Made by a program: the position numbers and the translations under genes
In this document: piece by piece, positions 15,120 through 25,060 of the stretch
Layout: each line of letters starts with the position of its first letter
How positions within the stretch are numbered: the stretch's first letter is position 1
Virus record (IMG/VR): IMGVR_UViG_3300043409_000785
Location: 1-64,000 of that record
DNA length: 64,000 bases
Source: a virus
Reading direction: 5' to 3' (one strand)
Notes under the pieces: model-generated
What the model was told of the DNA's origin: nothing
The model's database searches: none
The model's input: only the letters and a program-made list of their open reading frames with translations

Positions 15120-16244
15120 ATGCAACACGACAGCTACCAGCTACAGCGCATGTTGGATCAAACCAAGAGCAGTGTCTTTCTTGGCAAGAGTGCTGCTTTC
15201 CTTGGTTCAATCTCATCCAACTTAGAGTTTATCTGGGATAACTCTATTCCAACAGCAGGCACTGACGGTACCAAACTGTGGTGGAACCCAGACTACTTTC
15301 TAGGTCTTCCCCCAAAGTCTCGTAATACGGACTACATGCACGAGTTATGGCATGTTGCTTTGCTTCACGGTGTCCGCAGAGACACCCGGGATCCTAAGCA
15401 GTGGAACATAGCTTGTGATGTGAAGATAGATCTCATGCTAGAAGATGAAGGCTATAGCTTTGATGGCATCAAAGGTGTGCTGACATTCCCAGACCTCAAT
15501 GCTAGGCAGTATGCTGGATGGGTGGAAGAAGACATTTATGACGATCTTGTTAAGAACAACTTCCAACCACCACCTAAGTATGAATGCGATATGGTTCCTG
15601 GAGGGCCTGGGGACAAACATGCTGTGATCAACAGTGTTGTCAGAGCTGTGCATCAAGCCAAGCTGGCTAACGCTGCTGGGAGCATTCCTGGCGGCATCGA
15701 GGAAATGCTCAACAACTTTCTCTCGCCTGTCGTGCCTTGGGAAACCCTGCTAAGACGCTGGTTTACCGATATGCTGGACGAGGACTACACCTGGAAGCGG
15801 CCTAACCGTCGCTACTCAGACATGTATCTACCGTCTCGTTTTTTGGATGATGGCCGCTTGAAGCACTTGGTTTACTACCAGGACGTTTCAGGCTCTGTTT
15901 CCAATGCAAATGTACATCGCTTCAACTCGGAGCTGAGTTTTGTCTGGAAAGAATTCAAACCTCAGAAAATGACCGTGGTGCAGTTCGACACCAAGATCCA
16001 AAAGATTGATGAGTTCAAGGAAGGTGATACCTTCAATGAAATCAAGATCGTAGGTAGAGGCGGTACGGATTTGCGTTGTGTTCGTGAGCACATCATGGAA
16101 ACCAAGCCCACTGCTGCCATCATATTCAGTGATCTGGAATGCCCACCAATGCGCAAGCTGGACTTTGATATTCCAGTGATCTGGGTTGTCGTTGGGAACA
16201 AAGAGGCTGGGGTTAACTTTGGCCATAAGATTCATATAACTTGA
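15120..16244 (+). CDS. Metallopeptidase-vWA protein (N4 gp25-like)
   Basis: IPTAGTDG, HELWH, WNIACD, DVSGSV, GRGGTD. Confidence 0.88.
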   Translation: MQHDSYQLQRMLDQTKSSVFLGKSAAFLGSISSNLEFIWDNSIPTAGTDGTKLWWNPDYFLGLPPKSRNTDYMHELWHVALLHGVRRDTRDPKQWNIACDVKIDLMLEDEGYSFDGIKGVLTFPDLNARQYAGWVEEDIYDDLVKNNFQPPPKYECDMVPGGPGDKHAVINSVVRAVHQAKLANAAGSIPGGIEEMLNNFLSPVVPWETLLRRWFTDMLDEDYTWKRPNRRYSDMYLPSRFLDDGRLKHLVYYQDVSGSVSNANVHRFNSELSFVWKEFKPQKMTVVQFDTKIQKIDEFKEGDTFNEIKIVGRGGTDLRCVREHIMETKPTAAIIFSDLECPPMRKLDFDIPVIWVVVGNKEAGVNFGHKIHIT

Positions 16245-16259
16245 ACCAAGGAAATAAAT

Positions 16260-16394
16260 ATGAAGACCTATATAGTCTATGGCGGCACCGGCAAAGAAGT
16301 TGGGTATATCAAAGCCGGTAGCCACAATGCTGCCGAGAAGAAAGCCCAGAAGAAATATGGCCCAAAAGCCTCCGTGGCCTACACTGAGCTTTGA
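16260..16394 (+). CDS. Small hypothetical protein (44 aa)
   Basis: AAGGA RBS; MKTYIVYGGTGKEVGYIKAGSHNAAEKKAQKKYG... Confidence 0.55.
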   Translation: MKTYIVYGGTGKEVGYIKAGSHNAAEKKAQKKYGPKASVAYTEL

Positions 16395-16407
16395 ACCAAG
16401 GAAAGAA

Positions 16408-16644
16408 ATGACTCTGCTTAACTACCCAAGCGAGGAAGTCCTGCAATTCGGTGTGCGAGTCTCTGATGCTCTGCTTGACTGTTGCATTAGAAAAACCATG
16501 GAAGGCTTGGGTGGTTGTAAACCATACAAGCTTGAGGACTTTGATGAAGACCTCAGACCGTATATCGAAGCGTACATCGTAGGCAATAACAACAGCAGTA
16601 TTGCTGTTACCTACGCAGCAATGCGAACCAAGGAAAAAGAATGA
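16408..16644 (+). CDS. Hypothetical protein
   Basis: AAGGA RBS before ATG 16408. Confidence 0.55.
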   Translation: MTLLNYPSEEVLQFGVRVSDALLDCCIRKTMEGLGGCKPYKLEDFDEDLRPYIEAYIVGNNNSSIAVTYAAMRTKEKE

Positions 16645-16916
16645 AAATTGTTATCAACAAATGCTACGGAGGCTTTGGCCTCTCAGTTGCAGCAGAAGAA
16701 CTCTACAAAGCCAAATCTGGCAAAGACAAGTTCTATGACTTTGAACTTGAGCGGGATGATCCTAATCTTGTTGCTGTGGTGGAAGAACTTGGCAATGCTG
16801 CCAATGATCGTGCTGCAGACCTTAAGGTTGTTGATGTCCCTGATGGTGTGCATTGGGAAATCAAGGAATACGATGGGCTGGAGCACATTGCTGAAATTCA
16901 CCGTACTTGGGGTTAA
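16641..16916 (+). CDS. Conserved phage protein
   Basis: MKIVINKCYGGFGLS...RDDPNLVAVVEELG...EYDGLEHIAE. Confidence 0.75.
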   Translation: MKIVINKCYGGFGLSVAAEELYKAKSGKDKFYDFELERDDPNLVAVVEELGNAANDRAADLKVVDVPDGVHWEIKEYDGLEHIAEIHRTWG

Positions 16917-16918
16917 GC

Positions 16919-17422
16919 ATGATAATCAATGGTAAATCTTTGCTTTTCCAAGCACCCATCAAGAACATGCTGACTGAGAAGCAGACAGCTCATGGGGTAA
17001 CCCATGGGTTAACCGAATGCGGAGTAGATATTCGCATTAAACAAAGCATAGTTTTTAGCCAAGCAGGTGGCAAACGGGTAGTTTACTTTACCGATGAATC
17101 AAACGTACCTGAGTTTAGTGAAGGACGGTTCTGTCTTGCTTCTTCCATTGAAGAATTTCAAATGCCCAACAACCTCATGGCTGTTGTGCATGACAAGTCT
17201 TCTTGGGCACGACAAGGTTTGTCAGTGTTCAATTCCTGTATCGAACCAGGATGGAATGGTTTTTTAACCATCGAGCTGGTTTACCACGGGAATGGTGAGT
17301 TGATTATTCCAGCTGGTTCAGGCATTGCCCAAGTTATCTTCCATGATTTGACTGAGCCTGCAAAATATACCGGCAAGTATCAAGGACAAGCTGATCGGCC
17401 TGTGGCTGCTATTTTGGTTTAG
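16919..17422 (+). CDS. dcd: dCTP deaminase
   Basis: VHDKSSWARQGLSVFN..IEPGWNGFLTIEL...YTGKYQGQ. Confidence 0.85.
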   Translation: MIINGKSLLFQAPIKNMLTEKQTAHGVTHGLTECGVDIRIKQSIVFSQAGGKRVVYFTDESNVPEFSEGRFCLASSIEEFQMPNNLMAVVHDKSSWARQGLSVFNSCIEPGWNGFLTIELVYHGNGELIIPAGSGIAQVIFHDLTEPAKYTGKYQGQADRPVAAILV

Positions 17423-17480
17423 TTTGCTTTGTTTGGGGTTGATGCGCTTTTGCACAGCCCTGAACCAAGGAATAAATAAT

Positions 17481-17747
17481 ATGACAACAATCAAACAAGT
17501 AGCTAAAGCTTTTGCTTCAGGTAATAAGGCTAAATGTTACAACGCTGAGACTGATGGTAAAAGCTATTGGCTGCATGGCAACAGGATTGCCTATAAGAAA
17601 GACGATTACGTAACTGCAGACTGGTGCGGTTATCACACCGCAACTACAGCCAACCACTTGAACAAGATCGCCAGAGCCATTGGCAGTCAAAAGCGTATCG
17701 GTTATGCAACTGCCCGGCTTGTTGATGAGAAAACATTCCAATTCTAA
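17481..17747 (+). CDS. Hypothetical protein
   Basis: AAGGA RBS; LHGNRIA...TATTANHLN. Confidence 0.65.
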   Translation: MTTIKQVAKAFASGNKAKCYNAETDGKSYWLHGNRIAYKKDDYVTADWCGYHTATTANHLNKIARAIGSQKRIGYATARLVDEKTFQF

Positions 17748-17755
17748 GATCAATC

Positions 17756-18121
17756 ATGAAAATCAAAACTGCTGAGTTAACCGAAGCTGCACTCAACTGG
17801 GTAGTAGCTTCTATCGAATGGCCGAATGACTCTGGGATTTTGAATCCTAGGTTGGTGAATAAGGAATCTGTCAACGAAGAATATGGGTTTCATTGTGATG
17901 GAACCCTGTCCATACACATTTTTGAACGTGAGCAAATAAGCTTACGGGCACCGAAACCCTACTGGCCCCATTGGACAGCCTGTGTGTACGTGCTACAAAG
18001 CGGAGTGGGCATGGTTGATAATCAAACAATGTCTGGCCCCACCATGCTAGTTGCCGGTCTTCGCTGCCATATTGCCAACAAGCTTGGTGATGAAGTCGAA
18101 GTACCTGATCACCTTCTTTAA
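17756..18121 (+). CDS. NinX-family phage protein
   Basis: [15 protein letters not shown]...[26 protein letters not shown]. Confidence 0.7.
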   Translation: MKIKTAELTEAALNWVVASIEWPNDSGILNPRLVNKESVNEEYGFHCDGTLSIHIFEREQISLRAPKPYWPHWTACVYVLQSGVGMVDNQTMSGPTMLVAGLRCHIANKLGDEVEVPDHLL

Positions 18122-18140
18122 TTCTTTCCTTGGTTCAAAA

Positions 18141-19094
18141 ATGAAACAATACCTAGACTTCCTCAAGCACATCCACACCAATGGTGTGTATAAATCTGAC
18201 CGCACTGGCACTGGTACAACTAGTGTCTTCGGCCATCAAATGCGCTTTGACCTCAGTCAAGGCTTTCCTTTGGTGACCACCAAGAAGGTCCATACCAAGT
18301 CTGTCATTGCAGAACTGCTGTGGATGCTTTCTGGTAGTACCAACGTCAATGATTTGCAGGCTATGGGCTGCACAATCTGGGACGAGTGGGCTAATGAAAT
18401 GGGTGAGCTTGGTCCAATCTACTCAAAGCAATGGCGTAGCTGGGATGCCCCAGTAATTGAAGAATTTGATTGCCCAACTGACGGCATTTATGATGTGGAT
18501 TTCAAAACAATTGATCAAATCAGTGAAGCCATCCGCCTTCTCAAGGAAGACTCTGATTCTCGCCGTATTCTGGTGAGTGCTTGGAACGTAGCTGACCTGC
18601 CTGATATGGCTCTGGCACCATGTCATTGCCTGTTCCAGTTCTACACGCAGGAATTGGCATTGCACGAGCGCAATACACTGTGGGAAAAGCAGTTCAATAC
18701 ACTAAAGAGGCTAGAAATTGCTTTCCCTTGGGATCATGGTGACCTCGACGATATTGGTATTCCTCGTCGCAAGCTCTCCTGCCAGCTCTACCAGCGCTCT
18801 GCTGATGCTTTCTTAGGCATGCCTTTTAATATCGCCAGCTACGCTCTTCTGACACACATGATGGCCCAGCAGTGCAACATGGCAGTGGGCGATTTCATCT
18901 GGACTGGTGGAGATTGTCACATTTACAGCAACCATCAAGAGCAGGTTGCCTTGCAGCTGTCTCGTGATCCGCAACCACTGCCTAAGCTGGTCATCAAACG
19001 TAAACCTGATTCCATCTTTGATTACAAGGTGGATGATTTTGAGTTTGAAGATTATGTCCACCACCCGGCCATCAAAGCTGATGTGGCTGTTTGA
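18141..19094 (+). CDS. thyA: Thymidylate synthase
   Basis: [35 protein letters not shown]. Confidence 0.95.
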   Translation: MKQYLDFLKHIHTNGVYKSDRTGTGTTSVFGHQMRFDLSQGFPLVTTKKVHTKSVIAELLWMLSGSTNVNDLQAMGCTIWDEWANEMGELGPIYSKQWRSWDAPVIEEFDCPTDGIYDVDFKTIDQISEAIRLLKEDSDSRRILVSAWNVADLPDMALAPCHCLFQFYTQELALHERNTLWEKQFNTLKRLEIAFPWDHGDLDDIGIPRRKLSCQLYQRSADAFLGMPFNIASYALLTHMMAQQCNMAVGDFIWTGGDCHIYSNHQEQVALQLSRDPQPLPKLVIKRKPDSIFDYKVDDFEFEDYVHHPAIKADVAV

Positions 19095-19116
19095 AATCTG
19101 AACCAAGGAAAAGAAA

Positions 19117-19290
19117 ATGTATTCAGACAAAGAAATGTTCATATTTGGACTGATCTGTGGAATGTTTGGGGCTATTGGTTTTCTCATTTCGCATGGAACT
19201 AACAGTTATGCGCTGAAGAAATCTCAGTATGAGTGCGTTGAGACTATTAACGACAAATGCACAACCTATGTCTTGAAAGAAATCAAATGA
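19117..19290 (+). CDS. Small membrane protein
   Basis: AAGGA RBS; hydrophobic FIFGLICGMFGAIGFLI. Confidence 0.5.
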   Translation: MYSDKEMFIFGLICGMFGAIGFLISHGTNSYALKKSQYECVETINDKCTTYVLKEIK

Positions 19291-19466
19291 TCAAACTGTT
19301 TACTGTCTGCTTAGCTTTTGTTTGTTTTGGCTCCATTGCTGCAGAGCCTGTGCTTGTATCTAACAAGCTTTATCCTGCTGTGGAATACAAACCAGCTATT
19401 TTTGTTTCAGCTAAGACTGAGGCTGTTGTTAAACCTGCCGGCAAAGCTAGTGAACCCAAGAATTAA
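19287..19466 (+). CDS. Small protein with signal-peptide-like N terminus
   Basis: MIKLFTVCLAFVCFGSIAAEP; ATGA overlap. Confidence 0.5.
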   Translation: MIKLFTVCLAFVCFGSIAAEPVLVSNKLYPAVEYKPAIFVSAKTEAVVKPAGKASEPKN

Positions 19467-19469
19467 CCT

Positions 19470-19766
19470 ATGAACCCCCCAACTAAACCTGGACAGAAAT
19501 GCCGTGTCGTCGGTGGCAGGATGGCTTACAACGATGAGGGCAAAGGCCCAAATATCGGCAAGAAAGTCACCACCATGTTCCTGCACACTAAGCAAGCTGG
19601 TGTGGAAAAGGAGAACGTCTGGCACTGCCGGGCTAAAGATGGTGAGATGCTTCAGACCTACTTCGGAGTGGGTAATGAAGCCGACTTTTTGGAGTGTTGG
19701 CTTGAGGTGATTCCTGAACAGGAAAACCAAGATACGCTCTCTAACAAATTAGAGCTATCTTTGTAG
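19470..19766 (+). CDS. Hypothetical protein
   Basis: 98-aa ORF. Confidence 0.6.
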   Translation: MNPPTKPGQKCRVVGGRMAYNDEGKGPNIGKKVTTMFLHTKQAGVEKENVWHCRAKDGEMLQTYFGVGNEADFLECWLEVIPEQENQDTLSNKLELSL

Positions 19767-19925
19767 AGCAGTCTGCCTTATCCTAACGTCAACGCAGCTC
19801 TCTACTGTAGAGCTGAGTAGTTCAAGGAAACCACCCCCGATATGTTTTGTGGGTCGGGCACCTTGTAACCACAGCCAGTAGTGTCTCGGCCTCATCAGCT
19901 CAGATGCGTGACTGGCAGCCATCCT

Positions 19926-19960
19926 AGCCCCTGTTGCCTGCCACGGAACAGGGGCTTTTT
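19926..19960 (+). terminator. Intrinsic terminator
   Basis: AGCCCCTGTT...AACAGGGGCT-TTTT. Confidence 0.7.
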
Positions 19961-20013
19961 CTTGACCAAAACCTTTTCAACCATTAAGCGGTTCTTTGAA
20001 CCAAGGAGCAAAC

Positions 20014-22470
20014 ATGCAGGTCACCCATTCAGACGACTATATCACCCACGCTGTTATCGGTGGTGGCAAAACCATCGACTTCGGCATCTCTAACAATGCC
20101 GAGTTCTTCCACATCCTGAGCAGCACCCTCTACACCAACCAAGAGTTGGCTGTCGTCCGTGAAGTGCTGTGCAATGCCTGGGATGCCCATATCGAAGCAG
20201 GCTGCACTGACAAGGCTGTCATCGTCAGCACCAAGGACAGCAAGTTCTCTGTGCAAGACTTCGGACACGGTATCCACAAAGAAAAGATTGGCCCTATCTA
20301 TGGCACCTATGGAGCTTCCACTAAGAAGAACGATGGTGGTCAAACGGGTGGCTTCGGTTTGGGATGTAAAGCACCTTTTGCCTATACAGACCACTTTGAG
20401 GTGACCTCCTGCCATGATGGTGTCAAGACCGTCTACAGCATGAGTAAATCTTCTGCTGAAGTAGGTGGCAAGCCTAGCATCATTCCCATTGCCAGCTTTC
20501 CTACTGTTGAATCAGGTATCACAGTCTCACTGGCTTTCAAGCAAGCTAGTGACCGCTACACTTTTGAGAGGTACATCAAGCACATCACTCGCAATGGTGA
20601 GATGAAAGTTGAACTCGACGGCAAGCTGCTGGAAGTTCACCCTTTCAGTAGTATGACAGAAAACTTCTTGGTAACGACTCAGTTGAATCAAGATCACCCA
20701 AGTAGTGAAAGACTCTACGTTCGCTACGGCAATGTGGTGTACCCAATACCAGACAACGGAGCCTACACAAGCAATTACAAGTACATTGAGCATTATCTGA
20801 AACAACTGCAGCAAGGCTATAGCAGCAGATACAGCATCGTGTTTCAGGCACCAGCTCACAGCATTGGTGTAACACCCAGCCGGGAATCATTGTCCATGCA
20901 GGAACACACGCTTAAAACATTGCAAGCACTTTTGACTGCTTTTGTTGATCGTTTGAACCAAGTAGAAAAGACACAATCGGTTATTGTCATGAAGCAGTCT
21001 ATTGAAAAGACAGCTGCTGAAGGCAAGACTGGTTTGTTGCTGCATGCTTCGGATGCTATTCCTGGTCTGTTAAAGGCAAGCAATGTAGCTCCACAGTACA
21101 TACTGAGTTCTACTGAACTTATCAACGCTAAAGTAGCCTACATGTATCCTCAGTTTAATGGTTTTCGTTATGCAGATATTTTCAACCGAGTTGACGCTGC
21201 AATGAAAGCTGGTGTAGGTGATCGTGGTTTGCTTCAGTCTTACCGTGCTGCTTTATTGAAAGAGAAGCTGTCAAAGTACCGAGAATCTGATTGGTTTCAC
21301 AAACAGATTGCTGGTCCGTTGCTGGCTGCTATGAGCAGCGCTCCAGAAGACAAACTGGCTAAAAGTCCTGTGAAGAAAGTTCCAGATGTGTCTGTTGATC
21401 GCTTGTTGGCTTACGGGCACATGCACTCAATACATAGCCATTCTTTTCGGGATGGAAGTGCCTCATTCAAAGGATTAGTTGTTCCTTTGGTTCAAGCCAA
21501 GAAGCTACCATTGGATCAGTATCTGCCGTATCTGAGAAACATCGTGGTCATCTCGCATACCAAGATTGGTGTGAAAGATGCTCTGAAGAATGTTTCTGAG
21601 TTTAGGGCTGCTGACAATAAACCTTATGGGTTTCTGCTCTACCACGTCCACCGCTCTAAGGCCAAAACTGAAGCTGCCATTGAGTTCTTCAAAAAGCGTA
21701 GGATGGTTGTAATTGACATTACTGACCAGCAGCAGCTGGAAAGTAAAGAGACAAGAGCACCAGTTATTACTCGTAAGAAGGGATTGGCTTGTGCTTCTTC
21801 TGCTCTGGTTGCTGATAGAGTTGATCTGTCTTTGGTTATGCTCAATGATGTTAAACGCATTGAGAAGCCTGAATGGATTAGCAAAGTCAGCACAAGTGAC
21901 TATGCAACCAATGGTGGAAATTTCGACAAGTTCAGCAATGAGGATACTGTTGCTATTGTTCGTTTGTTTGGTTCAGTAGGTGGCATTTATGTCAGCTCAC
22001 TTCAAAAGAAGAATTACACCAGCAATGGCGCAGTTCATCTTGTGAAGTATGTGCATGACAAAGTTTGTGCTGAGATCATGAGCAACCCAAGAATCAAAGA
22101 GCATTTGAGCCTCAAAGTAAGTGGTGCCCCACACTACTGGGACAGCTTTTGTTCTTCGGAGTTGTTGGCTAAAGAGTTTGGTTTAGTGACTAACATCACT
22201 GAACAGGATCGGCTGTACCTACAACTGTACAACTCTTTACTTGACAAGTCTTACTACAACCGCACAACCTACCCAGAGCTCACTAAAGTAATGGCTTATT
22301 CTGCTGCTATTCAGGTCAATACAGTTGCTATTACTTTGGTGGACAATCTTAAAGCAATTGATCATTATTTGGATGTGCGGAATTTTGTTAGTAAATTAAA
22401 AAGTAAATCTTCTACCCTCGCAGTTAAATCTAAGTTATTGGAAATCTTGCATCTTGCTTTGAAACCGTAA
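20014..22470 (+). CDS. rIIA: rIIA-like protein
   Basis: GHKL N terminus (VREVLCNAWDAH, DFGHGI, GGFGLGCKAPFAY), TPSRESLS; adjacent to rIIB. Confidence 0.9.
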   Translation: MQVTHSDDYITHAVIGGGKTIDFGISNNAEFFHILSSTLYTNQELAVVREVLCNAWDAHIEAGCTDKAVIVSTKDSKFSVQDFGHGIHKEKIGPIYGTYGASTKKNDGGQTGGFGLGCKAPFAYTDHFEVTSCHDGVKTVYSMSKSSAEVGGKPSIIPIASFPTVESGITVSLAFKQASDRYTFERYIKHITRNGEMKVELDGKLLEVHPFSSMTENFLVTTQLNQDHPSSERLYVRYGNVVYPIPDNGAYTSNYKYIEHYLKQLQQGYSSRYSIVFQAPAHSIGVTPSRESLSMQEHTLKTLQALLTAFVDRLNQVEKTQSVIVMKQSIEKTAAEGKTGLLLHASDAIPGLLKASNVAPQYILSSTELINAKVAYMYPQFNGFRYADIFNRVDAAMKAGVGDRGLLQSYRAALLKEKLSKYRESDWFHKQIAGPLLAAMSSAPEDKLAKSPVKKVPDVSVDRLLAYGHMHSIHSHSFRDGSASFKGLVVPLVQAKKLPLDQYLPYLRNIVVISHTKIGVKDALKNVSEFRAADNKPYGFLLYHVHRSKAKTEAAIEFFKKRRMVVIDITDQQQLESKETRAPVITRKKGLACASSALVADRVDLSLVMLNDVKRIEKPEWISKVSTSDYATNGGNFDKFSNEDTVAIVRLFGSVGGIYVSSLQKKNYTSNGAVHLVKYVHDKVCAEIMSNPRIKEHLSLKVSGAPHYWDSFCSSELLAKEFGLVTNITEQDRLYLQLYNSLLDKSYYNRTTYPELTKVMAYSAAIQVNTVAITLVDNLKAIDHYLDVRNFVSKLKSKSSTLAVKSKLLEILHLALKP

Positions 22471-22483
22471 AAGGAAATAAATC

Positions 22484-23914
22484 ATGAAAATTAAAATCAT
22501 AGCTGCGGTTGTCGATACACGGCAACTGACACTCTATAAAGAGAACGGTGAAGCTGTAGTCATCCCACAAGGTGACCCACGCTTGGCTCGTATCGTGGCT
22601 GAGGCTACACCTTTCCTGGCTCGTAATGAGCCTGTGGAAGTAGATTTGACTACTAAGACAGTTAACCACTATAAGGACTTTGAAGAAAGTTCTGGCGGTT
22701 TGGTCAAGTTCTTCCGAGTGGCTAAGAACAAGCTGAAAAGCTTGTTTGCTGTTAGTGCAGAAGCTGAACCTAAAACAATTCAGCCAATGACCCTGGGAAC
22801 TGTTCCGGGAAACAAAGAAGAAAAGATCACAGCTGCTGTTGCTGAAATCATGCAGCATGCTGTATCTGTTTCAGCTCCTGAGTTTGATGATCAAGAGATT
22901 GGTGAGAACGCTGACAACACTGTCATTGCAGTGATGAAACAGGTCAATGCAGCTCCTGCTGTGGTCACCAATATTGAGAGTATTGAGCCTCAGTTGGCGC
23001 ATGCTAATGCCAATGGTTCAACCATCGGTGTGCAGCGTTTCATGGAACGTATGGCTGCTGTGGTAAACAAGCGTCGTCATTCTGTGGAGGACTTGATGAA
23101 GTTCCTGCAGAAAGGTGACCTGCCCATTGCCCACGATGGCTCCATCATCATCTACAAAGTGCTGAACAAAGTAGACGATCACTACGTTGATTGCCACACT
23201 TGGAATGTGCCTCAAAAGGTGGGCAGCTATGTCTGCATGGATGAGTCCTTGGTGGACCCGGATCGTCGCAACGATTGCAGCAATGGTCTGCATGTGGCTC
23301 GCCGTGGCTACATCAGCGGCTTCAGTGGTGATGTATGTGTGCTGGCCAAGGTCAAGCCCGAAGACGTGATTGCTGTACCGCAGTACGATGCCAACAAGAT
23401 GCGTGTCTGTGGCTACCACATTTTGTTCGAGCTGAGCCAGGAAGACCATACCAAGCTCCGCAACAACAAGCCTATCACCGACACGGTGGAAGGCCAGAAG
23501 CTGCTGGGCAAAGCCATTGCTGGTGACCATGCGGGCATCCTAGAGGAAGTTCGTATCGGTGGGCACAAGGGCACCAATATCAAGGTAACGCCTGTGAAAA
23601 CTGCTAAAGCTAAACCTGTAAAGCAAAAACCAACACCCTTGGTTGCAGCCATCGAAGAGTCGTCGGCAGTACCACAAGCTCCTGCTCTCGATCCCAAGGC
23701 TGTAGCTACTGCAGTGGTTGTTGCCAAGCAAGGCAATGCCCGTCAGCAGAAAGCCAAGGCACTGTGGGAAACCACTTGCTTTCCTGCTACTGAGCTGGAA
23801 CGTACTCAGGCAGCACAAGCTTTGCTTGACTTTAAGAAAGCTGCCAAAGTGAGCTGGGCAACTCTTGGGTTGCCAGACGCCACTGGAGCTGACTTGACCA
23901 AGCTGCTGAGCTAA
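22484..23914 (+). CDS. rIIB: rIIB-like protein
   Basis: LPIAHDGSIIIYK, CSNGLHV, KVKPEDVIAVPQYDANKMRVCGY. Confidence 0.9.
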   Translation: MKIKIIAAVVDTRQLTLYKENGEAVVIPQGDPRLARIVAEATPFLARNEPVEVDLTTKTVNHYKDFEESSGGLVKFFRVAKNKLKSLFAVSAEAEPKTIQPMTLGTVPGNKEEKITAAVAEIMQHAVSVSAPEFDDQEIGENADNTVIAVMKQVNAAPAVVTNIESIEPQLAHANANGSTIGVQRFMERMAAVVNKRRHSVEDLMKFLQKGDLPIAHDGSIIIYKVLNKVDDHYVDCHTWNVPQKVGSYVCMDESLVDPDRRNDCSNGLHVARRGYISGFSGDVCVLAKVKPEDVIAVPQYDANKMRVCGYHILFELSQEDHTKLRNNKPITDTVEGQKLLGKAIAGDHAGILEEVRIGGHKGTNIKVTPVKTAKAKPVKQKPTPLVAAIEESSAVPQAPALDPKAVATAVVVAKQGNARQQKAKALWETTCFPATELERTQAAQALLDFKKAAKVSWATLGLPDATGADLTKLLS

Positions 23915-23978
23915 ATTGATCTGTAAAGGGTACCTCTATCGTATAAACTTAGAGGTAACTTTTACAGGAATCACTTAC

Positions 23979-24299
23979 ATGTCAGACGCTTACCGAGCCA
24001 ACCGAAAATGCACCGATGAGGACATCATCCGACTCAACAGTGTTGGATTGTCCTTGTCCACCATTGCCAAAAAACTAGACTGCCACCCAACCACCATCAC
24101 GCTGCGATTAAAAGCCCTCAAAATCAATCCAGCTGATACCCGAAGAACCTTCATGGAAGATGTGTTCAATGGTATGGCCAAGCCCCAACAAGACTGGCTC
24201 ATCAGTCAACTAGGGCCACATATTACCATCAAGGACTATGTACAAAACCTACTGGTCAAGGATTACTTGACCAGAAATCAATCGAACCAAGGAACATAA
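23979..24299 (+). CDS. HTH DNA-binding protein
   Basis: GLSLSTIAKKLDCHPTTITLRLK. Confidence 0.8.
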   Translation: MSDAYRANRKCTDEDIIRLNSVGLSLSTIAKKLDCHPTTITLRLKALKINPADTRRTFMEDVFNGMAKPQQDWLISQLGPHITIKDYVQNLLVKDYLTRNQSNQGT

Positions 24300-24300
24300 C

Positions 24301-25002
24301 ATGCCAGGACACTTTACTACTTCGTATCTTAGTGCTGACTCCAGTTCTGCAATAGCCGCGTCAGGAGATGAGTTTTTTGTGGGAGAGGTTGTGGGCCATC
24401 AAGGCACAAGCGACCTAGCTACAATTAAATCCTTCAAAGCCAACAGCGAAACCAATGACATTGATGTGGATACTGATAAAGGACACTGCACAATAAACTT
24501 TTTAGTGAAAGTAGATAGAGCAGTATGCGTGCATGAGGGTAATAACTGTACGCTAAGCAAAACCAAGGAATGGTTTGAGAAAGCTGTGCCCAACCCTGTG
24601 TTGAAAAACTTCAACAGCCAGCTGGGTTGCCATTTTGAAGAAGTGGCAGAGATGCTAAATCCAATTCAAGGAGTGGATAGTCTTACATCTGAATTGCTGA
24701 TCTCTGCTGAAGACGCTATGAGCGCCCTAGCCAGCCATATCAAGAACAACAGTGGGAAACGCATTGTTTTTATTGAATCAGAAAACGAACTTGAATTTCT
24801 TGACGCTATCTGTGATCAGATCGTCACCGGCACTGGCGTAGCTCACATGTCAGGACAGGACATCATTGGTGCTATGACCGAAGTCAACGACTCCAACTTC
24901 TCCAAGTTTGAAGATGGCCTGCCTCTCTTTGATGCTAACCGTAAGATCATCAAAGGCAAGCATTACCGCAAGGCAAATCTTGAACCTTTCCTGAAGAAAT
25001 AA
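24301..25002 (+). CDS. MazG-like NTP pyrophosphohydrolase with N-terminal extension
   Basis: QLGCHFEEVAEM, FLDAICDQIVT, EVNDSNFSK, KIIKG. Confidence 0.8.
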   Translation: MPGHFTTSYLSADSSSAIAASGDEFFVGEVVGHQGTSDLATIKSFKANSETNDIDVDTDKGHCTINFLVKVDRAVCVHEGNNCTLSKTKEWFEKAVPNPVLKNFNSQLGCHFEEVAEMLNPIQGVDSLTSELLISAEDAMSALASHIKNNSGKRIVFIESENELEFLDAICDQIVTGTGVAHMSGQDIIGAMTEVNDSNFSKFEDGLPLFDANRKIIKGKHYRKANLEPFLKK

Positions 25003-25025
25003 ACTCCCCCATCCTCACTAACACA

Positions 25026-25047
25026 GCCCCTGCTCAGGGGCTTTTTG
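25026..25047 (+). terminator. Intrinsic terminator
   Basis: AGCCCCT-GCTC-AGGGGCT-TTTT. Confidence 0.65.
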
Positions 25048-25060
25048 ATTGGAAATCTAT

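Noticed and set aside
19874-19916. Minus-strand hammerhead ribozyme (CTGATGAG...GAGAC)
   Set aside because: GAGAC replaces the required GAAAC, and stems I and II cannot form properly.
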